Shown piece after piece: positions 21,801-34,273 of a stretch of 64,000 bases of DNA. The stretch spans positions 27,263,673 to 27,327,672 of the forward strand of contig OZ037766.1 of the NCBI GenBank assembly GCA_964035545.1. The letters run 5' to 3'. The notes under the pieces are model-generated. The model worked only from the letters and a program-made list of their open reading frames with translations. It had not been told where the DNA came from and made no database searches. A program made the position numbers and the translations under genes. Numbering within the stretch: the stretch's first letter is position 1; every line of letters starts with the position of its first letter. Source of the DNA: Bugula neritina (taxonomy: Eukaryota > Animalia > Bryozoa).

Positions 21801-24800
21801 GGCAATGTCCTATCAGACTATGTAAAGATAATAGAGGAAGTTACTTAGAGATTATGCCACATAAGCTAGCTACGTAACAAGTTGGCATCATAACAAGCAC
21901 CTTGCTATAGTGCCACACAAGCTAGCAATGTAGCAAGTTGGCATCATAGCAAGCACCTTGCTATGATGCCAGCTTGTGATGTCACATAAGCTGGTACCAT
22001 AGCCAAGGTGTTTGTCAGGCCATATAATATAATGACAACAAAAACATGTATTTGTATAGTCAGGTGCAAAAAATGTGGATTTTTGCTTAGCCTAAGCCAT
22101 CAATTTTCAGTTCGACATCTCAGTTTAGGGCAATGTGGTTGCATTTTATGGCCAGACAACTTCTTACACTAGAAAGGTTCACCAGAACTAGCACTATATG
22201 CTAACAACTGCAATTATGCGCCTACATTTACTGATCTGTATCATGTTACCTAAACCAAACCATATACAAACTCTTGTAATGGACACAAGGTAGAATGCAA
22301 TGATAGACAAAAATAGCAAGTGTTGGCAACATAGGGGTCACATTTAGATGGTGAAATTATAGTCAACTAAATTGTGTACAATACTTACAAAGTAATCTAG
22401 TATAATATAGATATGTATAATTGTTTATTTGCACAATTTATGAAAAGACAGTACAAGAAGGTTAGGTGGCATTAAACAAAGTATAGCAGAATAATTTTAG
22501 TCATAATAAATCATATCGCACTGTTGAAACTATATTTTTATAGTATTTGTAATATTTTTGAAGAAGTTTGTATTTTGAAAAACTAGTACTTGTGGCATTA
22601 TGCTATTTTGAAACATTAATACAAGTTTTTCATTTGCTAGTGCTTATTTTTCCAACCACTATAGACTGCAGGTAAAAAGTGACTATAAACTGCTATTATG
22701 CAGGTAATAAGTCACATACTCAGACACAAGGCACCAGCATCCTATCAGTATCACGTATATGTAACCAGTTTCTGACTATCAACTTCAAATCTTTTACACA
22801 AACCAGATTGCTGCACGCACGCCGGTATTACTGACTTGGAGATTGCCAAGTTTATTGTATGCAGACCCACTAGTAAAATATACAGGCACTACTAGGGTTG
22901 TATAATAATGACATGAGGTTACGCATCAGTGGTTACAGCTATTTGAGGTCACACATTTTATTTCCTTTGCCAAATGGATTGCAGACATGAGTAGATATTT
23001 GAGCCTTGCTATCAAGATCATTGCAAACATAACTAGTTGCTTTGCAGAATATTGTGCAATCATTTGACAAATGAATAGAAATAGATACCATATAATTTTT
23101 ATATTGTAGCATATTCTGTGTATTCTAAGCAATTGAAAATACAAAGGCTATTATCTTATCTGGGGACTGTACATAATAGCAATGGAAGTATTGAATCGAG
23201 CCAACTTTATTAAAACTCTCCACTTAAGATTGTACAGAAACAAGATTCTCCCAATTTATTTGTTTCAAATACACCTGTAATCATGTGCAGTAAAACCAGA
23301 GTGATACTTTCTTACTTTCCCCACAGTCTTGCAGTCTCAAAATAATCATTCAATCGCATATTCAACATACCCACTTTAAGGTTGGTGACACCTTCTCCAA
23401 GTTTACTAACAATACCAGATGACTCATGGCCCAATACCATTGGTTCACGGACTACAAAGTCTCCAATGAAACCTTTCGTATAATACGATACATCTGAACC
23501 ACAGATACCAGTGGAGTGGACCGCAATCTGTACCTCTGTAACAGCAGTTTGTGGAGTGAAATGGAAAAAGAGCAAACAAACTGTATTATTTCTGAGTATA
23601 ATATGTATTTAAAGAACAAAGGAAGTGTCATAACTGAAAGAGTATCTCAATTTTGTGAGTTAGCAGAAAATTCCTGCTAGCTAATGAGAGAGAACCATGC
23701 TTGCCTTGCTGTTATATTGAAATAGACATATATTATTGAATTAAAACTGCACAACATGAAACAATTGATAATAAAATTTCAATATGGTTTATTTTCACAT
23801 ACAGCAGTGTGAGTATACTTTGCAAATTTTTTGTACTGCATAATTCAGTAAGCCATAATATAAGTACTTGTACAAAGATAACAATTAGCTCAATTCTGAA
23901 TAAAGTTACTAAGTGTGATATGCATATATACCTCCAGCTTTTGGCTCTGGTATAGGCCATTCTTCCTATAAAAGTAGAGAAAGAAAATGCAAGCTTTTTG
24001 CAGTGTTAACAAAATTTCACATAATTTTTAAATACTGCAAAGATTTTCTTAGAGGCTAAGCAAAACAAAGTATCATCTCATGCAAACTAAATGGAACTTT
24101 GTAAACAGCAAATGGTTGAGGTATAACAGTATGGAAATATGAAAATGTCACTAAATATTATCATTTTATAATAGTAACATGAGCTGCAATTATGCCTCAC
24201 ATATTTGAATCGAGAAAACTAAACTAAACCTATAAATTTCTTGTGCTATTGCAACGAATAAAAGATGCCATATTTGCTAGTATACGTACTGACCAGTAAC
24301 ATCAAAATTATAATATTCCTATTAGTCTATTAGTATGTATCTACTTTTATCTTGAACTGTGAAAATATAAGAAACATCACCAGAAAAAAATATAGTATAG
24401 AGATTAGAATGCTGACTTTGTATGGGCGAGGTCATGGGTTTAACTCCCGTACAGCAATTGATGGTGTCAAGAAGAACAACCAGTCAAAATGACTCATGAT
24501 CTGTAGAAAAATTAAGCCATCAAATTATGTAGGCAGCATGATGAATGTCAGTCCTGAGCTCAGGAAAAATACCGCTGCCACCATAGACTCTTGCAAGGAC
24601 TTTAAACGAACACAAAAACTTTTTTATAAAACAAACATCAAGTGATAATTAAAGTATTTGTTAGAAATACTGCTAGCATGGATCAGCAAACACATCTTTA
24701 TAGATAAGACATATGGAGAGAGTTCAAATTCAATCATCATCAATTTCATAAATTATATATGTATTAATTATTATAAGTTCAAAGTTAAGTCCAGCATAGG

Positions 24801-24984
24801 GTAAAATGGTTAGCAGGTAAACTTACAAGCTACCGTAGCTATTACCATTAATTTCTTTTTAGTAATTTATAAACTATTAGTAAAGGTGATAATAATTTAT
24901 TATAAAAATATGTTATAAATGAACACTCACCATTCGAATGTCCATTTTTGAGTGAAGAACAGCAGAAAGATTGGTGTCACTCAT
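18873..24984 (-). CDS. SORD: Sorbitol dehydrogenase, copy 1 (8 exons: 24984-24931, 23965-23932, 23535-23371, ~21590-21432, ~21071-20887, ~20692-20514, ~19866-19746, ~19031-18873)
   Basis: [40 protein letters not shown] and VFRYCN motifs in exons with GT-AG boundaries. Confidence 0.92.
19990..20163 (-). mobile_element. tRNA-derived SINE
   Basis: A box TGGTGTAGTGG, B-box-like GGGTTAGAACCC, then ATTGGTGATGTTAGGAAGAGCAT core. Collinear with 51098-51283. Confidence 0.75.
20262..20342 (+). mobile_element. Partial SINE of the same or a related family
   Basis: GGTCATGGGTTTAAATCCC...ATTGGTGAGGTCAGGAAGGGTATCC...ATAATTGCT. A further degenerate copy lies at about 24428-24497. Confidence 0.6.
21855..21990. 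repeat. Intronic ~56-bp tandem repeat (2+ copies)
   Basis: GCCACA(T/C)AAGCTAGC...AAGTTGGCATCATA(A/G)CAAGCACCTTGCTAT repeated. Confidence 0.8.
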
Positions 24985-25447
24985 CTTGATAATCAATTTA
25001 ATGGCGATAGAGTGTTGATATCGTGCTTGACCTTAAACATTTGGAATGTAAGTATTGGCACAATTAGCACTACCATTATGAAGCAGTGAGTTTAAGATAT
25101 ACTACCACTATCAGGAATAGTAATAAAGAAATTTGATACAATACTACCATTAATAATAGTAATCTTTATTAAGTTTTAAAGTACAATAAAATTACATTTA
25201 TAGCATTTATGAGTATAAGTATAACTATAAGATTCAGATTGAGAGTACCCCAGAAGTATAACTCCAAGTATAAAACAGTAAAACTGCAAAGATAACTAAT
25301 CAAGCAGACGTGTGACTTTAAGTTTACCAGTGTCAGTGTGACTAACAGAAGTTTTTACTATTCATTCATTTTATAACCATAACCATACTAATAGTAATAG
25401 TTGTAGTGACACTTTAGGTATAACCATAACTTTAACTATCACTATCA

Positions 25448-25671
25448 CTAATAGTAATACTAATAGTAATACCAACAGTTATGCCTTATGGTTACACTTA
25501 AACTACTAGTACTACTACTACTAGGCCTACTACTAGTTGTTTAGTAGTAGTACTACTACTAGACAACTACTACTACTAGTAGTAGTAGGCCTAGTAGTAG
25601 TAGTAGTACTAGTAGTTTAAGTGTAACCATAAGGCATAACTGTTGGTATTACCATTAGTATTACTATTAGT
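25448..25671. repeat. ~225-bp imperfect palindrome with (CTA/TAG)n core upstream of SORD copy 1
   Basis: TAATACCAACAGTTATGCCTTATGGTTACACTTAAACTACTAGTAC is mirrored by its reverse complement. Confidence 0.9.
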
Positions 25672-26964
25672 AACTAGTAAGTCTTACAGTTACTGCTAGT
25701 AATAATTATAGTGGTAGTAGTAGTAGTAGTACTAGTAGTACTAGTACTAGTAGTAGTACTGTACTACTACTAGTACTCACTACTGTAGTAAGTACTAGTA
25801 CTACTGATTATGATCACATAATCATAAAAATCATAATTCTTATTATTCTAATTAATAACATTAACTGTAGTTATAAATTATATCTTGAGAATGTCTTTGA
25901 ATTTAGACGCTTTGGCTATGAGTTTTTGAATTTAATGCCAGATGAAAACCACAATACTGATACGTACTACTACTACCTTGGCCAAAATCTGTATTATTAT
26001 ATTACTAGGACAAAGTGAAAGCGAAACAAACATTAACTCTTGGAATCCCTTTAAACAAAGAATATATATTATGCAGAGTTGTTTTCTCGTACTATCGAGA
26101 ATTTACTGTAAGGAAAACAACTCCATTTTGTATAGTTGGAACTGAAAGAGTTGTCATTTGGGTGGAAAACTCTTTTCACCAAGAGTTGGCCTTTACCACA
26201 CCTACTCACTAATATAACAATGTGCTGCATTATGATTATAATTTATATGTATCATTTAGTATGACTTATCAAATGTCTATTACATTTATAAACATCAACA
26301 AACTTTTGTGGGGTTTGGGGTTGGAATTGAAGACTAAAAATATGCTGCCGTTTTGTTTTGAGGAATAAAGCATGGAAACTGGATTTCATATTTGCTATAA
26401 AACTTTCTGGTCCAACTGTGAATTATTATATGAGCAATACTGAATGCATAAAATGAATTTAATAGAGATCATGGTATAGCATATGAGCAGCTATGTTATA
26501 TTATTCGCCAACATTCAACACAAAAACAATAATGCACCATGATAGATTGATTAAAAAGCAGGGTTAATCACAGGTCTTAAGTCTAGGGCTTTGCCATAAT
26601 AAAAAAAGGAAAAATTATGAAATTTATATATAAAAAGAGTGTTGGAATTTAATAGTAAAATTTCAATAAAAATATCAAATAAAGCAGTTTAAAAAATATA
26701 TATAAATATAATAAGGAATGCAAACATGCAAACACTCTTGAAATGGGTATAGGAAGTAACATTTCAATTCTTCAGCACCTTCATATATAGTTTGATAAAA
26801 CCAACAACTAAAATACAGTGAAATAAAAAAACTAAAAGATGTAAAAATAAATTTTAGCATTGTATATATTGAGTTGCCCCAGCACCGAGTTTTAAACAGC
26901 AGTAATACCACATATAGATTAACAGATGATTAATACCACATATAGATTAACAGATGAGCATGTC

Positions 26965-29900
26965 TTATTGCCTCGTGCAGTTGATCATGACTTTGATGCC
27001 ACTTCTTCCCATAGCAGCATCGTAAGCCTCCAGCGTCTGCTCTAGCGAAAACCTGTGTGTGATCAGAGGTTTGACATTAACACGCCCCATAGAGAGTAAC
27101 TCCAAAGCACTCGGGTACCTAGGTTAACAACATCAACAGCCATTTAGATTATAATGAACATGCTATATACAAACTGAACTACAAAGTTAAACCAATGAGA
27201 GTCTTAAGCTTTAAAAGGCATAAATGTAGAATGGTTATCAAGATAAAATGCTAAAAAGGCTTTAAAACAATAACAATTTTTGATATTTATACTTCTTACG
27301 GAACTTGGTAAATTTTATACAAATGCAACTTGCATAAAGCAATTTCATGAGCATAAATCATATTTTCCATTGCCTAGTATGATACTAGAAAGTTGAACAG
27401 AAGTAATCAAAAGTTGAATTAAAACTCTACAACAGTTGTGTACCTGAAGTTGAGAAATAGGTAAGTAAAACAAATCATAACATAAATACTATTAAGAAAG
27501 AGGGACTGCTCACAAAAAGTGTGGAGAGAAAAGGAAGCAGTAAACTTACGAGTTGCAGTATCTGAACACGGCTCTGATGTCAACTTCTCTACAGGCAGCA
27601 TCCACGATGGGTAAAGTGGCATTAGGTGCACCCAGTCCAACCAGAGCCACCACACCACCTGACTTAGTTGCCTGAAGAAACATAAAAATATAACTTAAGC
27701 AGTTGAACACTATTATTACGTTTAGTTGCAAAAATAGCAAACACAATATAGGCAGTTAAAGATTATTACATTACAGTTACCTAGGCAACACATTAAATAA
27801 GCATTCTGAGTGCATTTATTCATCATAATATGATAGTTGTTTATATTGTGAGCTCCTCCCACTTGTTGTATCTATATAAATACTGTGTTTTATATTATAA
27901 ATCATTCAACCAAATAAACCAGTAAATGATCCACAGTTTCATAAACGCCTACAAATTATTACAAATTACTACTATACAAATAAGTCACAACAAATCCAAA
28001 CAAATACGAAATTCATATAACCAAAAGTAAAAAGTGAATAATATCAATATAATATCACGATGAGACAATCACTGGAAAATTAAAATTGTAGCTTGATACA
28101 GGGTAATAGTATTTCAAGATAACTGCAAGCTGCTAAATATAGCAACTTAAAGGATTGTCATAAGAATATATTGAGAAGTGCGAACTGAACAGGTGACACT
28201 TACATCACATAATGCTGACAAGTTAGGCAAGGTGCTACCTTATCCTGACAACAACAAAGGGCACCTGCTTGCTGAGTTACACAAGGTGATATTTATATAC
28301 TTTGATTGGTTGAAAAGTGACACCTACATATATTGCCATCTGCATAGCACTCTCTGCTCCACAACACTCTATAGTAATTTCTGGCATTCGACCACCCAAA
28401 CTGTCTTTCACTCTACCCGCCATTTCTCGGACATCTTTGGTATCAACCAATAGGATGTGATCAGCTCCCATTTTCTTAGCAAAGTCTAGTCTAGACTGAG
28501 AAATGTCTTCAAAATAGCAAAAGAGATGAATATCAAAACATATTTTAATTCAAACATAATTAGTAACCGGGCTAAAAGCTGAAGATGTCCATTCTTGTTT
28601 AATTGTCAAGCCAGTCTAATCTAAGGTTTGTGACAGATTGCAGACTACTATGAACATGTCCTAAACTTTCATATAATTACCAACAAATTCAAAGTTGATA
28701 TCGTAATTATGGAGCTAAAAAGTTATAAACATTAATATGCACTTTGGAGTGACGAAATCAAATGCTGTATAAGATCAAATAAATATAGGCTACAACTTTA
28801 AAAAAAATATTAAAAAAAACGGAATGAATAAGAAAATTCTTTCATAACGTCTTTTATTTAATTGAATGTAGTTTTCTAGCTCTATTTTAGGGCATACATC
28901 TATGTATATGTAAACTATCTATATGATTTTCATTCTCTCCAGTAATTACCACACTAACCTGTGATGACCACTTCACTAGCACCATACGCCTTGGCACTCA
29001 TCATGGCGAGCAATCCTATTGGACCAGCACCAGTCACTAACACTCTCTTACCAATGGTAACCCCAGCTCTAGTGCATGCATAGACAGCAACAGAGAGGGG
29101 CTCTAGTAGCGCCCCTTCCTCCATGGAAACATGATCAGGCAGTCTGAAAGTTAAACCAAAGTTGTATTGGTGTAAAAAGTTGAATTGCAACATACAAAAT
29201 TCATTAGTGAAGCCTCATACAAGATCTGCGTGCAAGTTGGAGGAAAGAACAGAAATATTATTAGGTCGTCGTAGTTATGTGGGTGAGAGCTAAAATGATT
29301 CAAGTGAGTAAGAATTGGAAATTACCAGTGTAAAATAACATATATCTTATAGAGAGTGCAAATAAAACTGAAAAATTGGAGATAAATCTGCTGAAATATT
29401 TTGAAATACATTTCCCATTAAAACAGAAATATCTGCTGATACCAAGTGTAACAGTTGATATAAACCCAAAAGCAAAGTAGTATTTAAATAACGTATAAAA
29501 TATCAATTTGCAAAAAAACCTTACTAACTCTTATATAGTACAACAATATTTCTGCTTTATAAAATGAAAACAATAGTTGAAATAAAGAAAAGAAATTACT
29601 TGAAGCAAAAATCAGAAGGTAAAGTAGTGAACTGGGTTAGCGTTCCATTGTGCGGAGGTGCAGAAAAAAACACCATATCAGGACACAGATTGTACTTCCC
29701 AATTTTACAGAACTCACATCTTCTGCATGGAATTCCTGGTTCCAGAGCCACTCTGTCACCTATCATATAAATGGAGTTGTAAATACTGTCAGAATAAAAT
29801 CGTACACAAGTATTTCTTTATACCAAATCATCAAGAAACAAATTACATACGTATGCACTTTGCATTTGTAATTGACAGTAGAGTACTTATATATAATATC

Positions 29901-31501
29901 AACTAGAATGGCTTGATAAATATTTATGCTAAAATTATAATACATGAATTAAGCAAACATGATAACACCTTCTATAATTGAGAATCTGATTTACATAGAA
30001 AAAAAATATTGGAAAATGAAGAGCTAATAGAAATACAGTGATCTTCAAGTAAAATATTTTGCGTAAAAGTATTAGTTAAAAACAGTTACAAAATATAGAT
30101 AACTGAAGCAAACCAATGTTGATTTCAAACACAATAACAATAAATATAATTGATAATTGATAATTTTCTTTAGCTAAATTGCTTTAAATATTTCGTTGTC
30201 GGATTAACATACCAATTTTGAGGTTGGTGACTCCTTCCCCAAGTTTGCTGACAATACCAGATGATTCATGCCCCAATATCATTGGCTGCCGAACAACAAA
30301 ATCACCAATAAATCCCTTGGAGTACAGGGTTAGGTCTGAGCCACATATACCAGTTGAATGTATTGAAACCTGAACCTCTGTCAAAATGAGAAGAGTTATT
30401 ACATAATTGTATTACAGAAACATATGTACTACTTCTTAATGTCATTTAGACTCCAGCTGCCACCTCTGCTATTGAGTTATGTGTATCTCTTTTTGACGAT
30501 TCTCGCAACAAAGAATGAACCAATTAGAGTTTGGTAAAGCAGTTTCCTCCTTAGACCTAGCAATAATAGCCAAATTTATTAGCATAATCAGTAAGATTCA
30601 CAAGTAAAATTTCATTAGATTTACTATTATGGCTTAATCTGATTCACTAGTAAAATTTAGCTAGACTTATTAAAACTATCAAAGCAATTTTTTTTAATTT
30701 ATAATTTAACCAGATTGGTAAACACAAATTTTTGTGTTTGGCATGTTTAAAATTAGATAGTTGTGAAGGAATGACCTATGAACGCACTACTCACTTTTAG
30801 CTGTAGTCTGAACATATGGAGGGTAATGTCATTGAATTTGTGAGTAGATGATCAAATTTGATATGCTTTTTAATAAAATACCTTTAACAATTGTTACCAT
30901 CACCCACTCACTGATTTTTTACTTTACTTGCCACCAAAAGTAGGCAATGCTAGGCGATGATGCTATTTATCAACCACAAGGAGTTTGATTTACTATATAC
31001 TTGCACATACTTACTCACCATAAGTGAAAAACAAAAAGGAAATGAAATATAAGTAAAAAGGCAACTACTAAAAAAATTTGACATAAGATATTGTTGTTGC
31101 AACACAGCATAAAAGTTAAGCTGTTGTAACTTGACTTATCATGCAAAATATTTGGTTTCATATAAACTTGCCCCCATATTTTGGTTCAGGAACTGGCCAC
31201 TGCTCCTACAAATTAGACAGGGTAAAGCATGATGAACTAAGAAAATTGAAAAAATGTATTATAAATTAGAACCTTTAAAATGCAAAATAGATATTTTTGT
31301 TCAAACATATTTCTAGTGGCACTAAAAATTGCAATTACAATCTTAAATGCAACGGTATCACAAAAACAACTGATGATATTGCTATATTTTGCAATAAAAT
31401 AAGCATTATAATTTAGTATAAATTTTGGGACAATAAAAACAGCTTACTACTCGTAAATCCATTTTTGAATGTAAAACAGCAGACAGATTTTCAACAGCCA
31501 T
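26965..31501 (-). CDS. SORD: Sorbitol dehydrogenase, copy 2 (8 exons: 31501-31448, 31205-31172, ~30376-30212, ~29759-29600, ~29143-28959, ~28506-28328, ~27671-27550, ~27117-26965)
   Basis: Same motifs and same intron positions as copy 1. Intron 2 uses a GC donor. Confidence 0.92.
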
Positions 31502-32061
31502 ATTTTGGTAATTTCGATGTATACCAACGAGCAGACACACCACTTCAACCCTGAAACAACATAATTGTGGTGGCAGATGAAAATACATGAAACCTACATG
31601 CTAGAAAAAGTAAATGAATATTCAATGACCAGTCATGGTAGTGTGCAGACTTCTGGACAGAAAATTGCAGGAGGCCGGAGCACATCATCACCCTTAATGG
31701 CCAGCATCTTTGTTTAAGAGCTGAATTTTGAGCAGGCTTGCCGAAAATCAGGAAGACGCCAAACAAGTACAATGACTATGTACTTTATTGAGATGCATTA
31801 AAACCCATATGCAAACATCATCAATTCTAAATCAAACTAAACTTTGCTACTTATCAATACGCCTATCAAAACTAGCAGCACTTCACACTGCTCATTAAGG
31901 AGTAACAAACACGCTCTAGAGAGCAAAGAGCGCAGCATTCTGGCCTTGTAACCTTGTCGGAAAGCAGAAGTTGAAGTGAGAAGATAAAATAGAAAAAGAC
32001 ATGACCACGTGACTTTGATAATTAACTGGGATTATGTAAAATCCAACAACTAGTTTGACCT

Positions 32062-32248
32062 GTGATGAAAAGTGAAAACGTGAAAATATTTTAGACTTGC
32101 AAAATAGACACCAACACAGTAAACGAAGTTAGGCGTCCTGATACTGTGGTAGTCGATAAGCATCATGCAGAAACAACTATTATCAATATAGCTGTCCTGG
32201 TGACTACCATGTGAAAGATAAACACTGGAGAAGATAACTAAATATCAG
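32062..32248 (+). pseudogene. Remnant of a restriction-like endonuclease domain of an R4/Dong-type non-LTR retrotransposon
   Basis: ENVKIF*TCKIDTNTVNEVRRPDTVVVDKHHAETTIINIAV / PGDYHVKDK / LEKITKYQ matches the PD-(D/E)xK consensus RRPDIVVVDK...IIDIAVP.D....K..EKI.KY, with frameshifts. Confidence 0.7.
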
Positions 32249-34273
32249 TATTCACTAAAAGCATCACCATATTTGCACTTGCAGTAATACTTATATCAAT
32301 TAATAATTGCAGCTGTCGTGGCTTCATAGATGATAGAAGACTGCAGATTCGAAAACGAATAGCGAAGAAAAACTACACATTGACATTAGGTTCAACAAAC
32401 TGCTCTATTAGTAATACTATGACTCTTGCCAAAACAAATGCATTGCTGCTAAAACTAGAATCAGCTCAATTTTTATCTTGATCTGAAGAAAATACTTCTC
32501 CATTCCAGATCAAGACTAGTGGAACTTGGTCGATGGTAGGAGATTATCATCACCATGATCATCAAACCACAAAATATGACACATCCAGTAACTGAGTAAT
32601 ATTTAATATTAATGGTAATATTAAATTTAATAATAATTAATACTAATACTAAGTCTAATAGTAATAGTTTTAGCATCAAGTTTAACAATAACTATAAGTA
32701 TAACTATAAGTATAAGTATTAAGATAACTAGAGGTTAATAATTAAGCATTTTATTAACATTTAACAATCTCAAACTGAGTCAAAGTCAATCACAATGACA
32801 ATGGCTAGTAGTAGTAGTACTACTACTACTACTACTAGTAATAATTATTATTATAATAATTCTAACCCATTATAATTTAAATTATATGTTTTTATAAGTT
32901 GACTCTTTGCGGGCACACTAAAACTAAAAGTAAAACTGTCACTACCCCCTACACTAACTTTCAGTTTGAGGTCAAGTTTAACACAAACGATTGAACTTAG
33001 TGAGAAAGGTCAAACTGAAAGATCAAGATGATGGTGAACACTGACAGCAGGCAGTAGCTCTGAAAGTGAATTTGACCCCATGCTTACTGTTGTAAATTTC
33101 AATGTAGTCTATTACTATTAGTATCTACACTAATATTAATAATTACTAATAGCAACACTAATAGTAACACTAATACTAATAACAAAGGTATTTGAATAAT
33201 GATACTAATACTAATAGTAATAGTGATTATCAGTAATTTCTAGCTAAGTCTATGATTTAGATTTTAGGTGGTTTTCAGACTCAGTGCGACAGCTTTGTCA
33301 ACAAATTGGAGTTGTCGCCTACTGAATTTAAACTTGCTAGCGTTGAGCTATAACTATAGTTTCAGTTCAGCGCTCTCGACACCCATACAATAAAATTATA
33401 TTCCGTTTCAGTGAGTCCACTTTTCATAACAATACTATATTTGCATGTGATTCAGATTGTGATAACATAATTATAATAATTATTGTCATTGTGATCGAGA
33501 TTAATTTTTTGCATGCTGCAAATCTAAAGTATGACTATTATTAGTTATACTTACTCTTTGTCTTATACTTATAGTTATAGTGATAAAATTAAATTATACT
33601 TTAAGTTTATAGAATTACTAAGTGTCTCAATTGATTTATCGAAATTCATCAAAATATACTTATTGATATTTATAACTGTTATTTTATATAATAATTATAA
33701 TAATTAGTATAACTATAAGTATGACTTATGTCTATGTGGTTAAAGGTAAACTTAAACAAGTTGACGTTCAAGTGAAGTCAAATTCTGGTGATTATCTTCA
33801 TCTTGATTTTGATGATCATAATCATTATGATAATCATCATAATCAATATCTGAGAATTGTATTACAGTTTGGTAGATTGTAAAATAGTATGCAGTTGACC
33901 ATAGTTTCAGAAATAAATTCAGCTATCATTCATTTAGAGTTGTTATGTTCCCTTCTCTGGTTCAACCCTACCAGCTGTTTGAAATAGGTCATTGCTCTAC
34001 AAGTATAGGCTGTAATCTACAGTGAATAATGTAAAAGTTTAGTTGAAGTGCTCTAATTACCAAGATAAGATAAAAGTTCAAGTTAATTATGCATCTTATG
34101 GACATGATGTAAATATGGCTTGTATTTATTGAGCCCCTATTGGTCCAGTTTTTCCCCTCTGATTAACAGAATAACGTTTTTTTTTGGCTACAAGATTCAA
34201 AACTGAAAGCTAAAGTTTTAGAAAGTGTGTTTACTATTTCAAAAAATTATTTCATTTGTTTTTAGACTGAGCT

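Noticed and set aside
22012-22159. Small element with ~17-bp imperfect terminal inverted repeats
   Set aside because: No clear TSD and a single copy in the window, so it cannot be classified.
30445-30553. Possible alternative terminal exon in SORD2 intron 2 (GLRRKLLYQTLIGSFFVARIVKKRYT*)
   Set aside because: Only an AG and a short open frame, with no homology or counterpart in copy 1.
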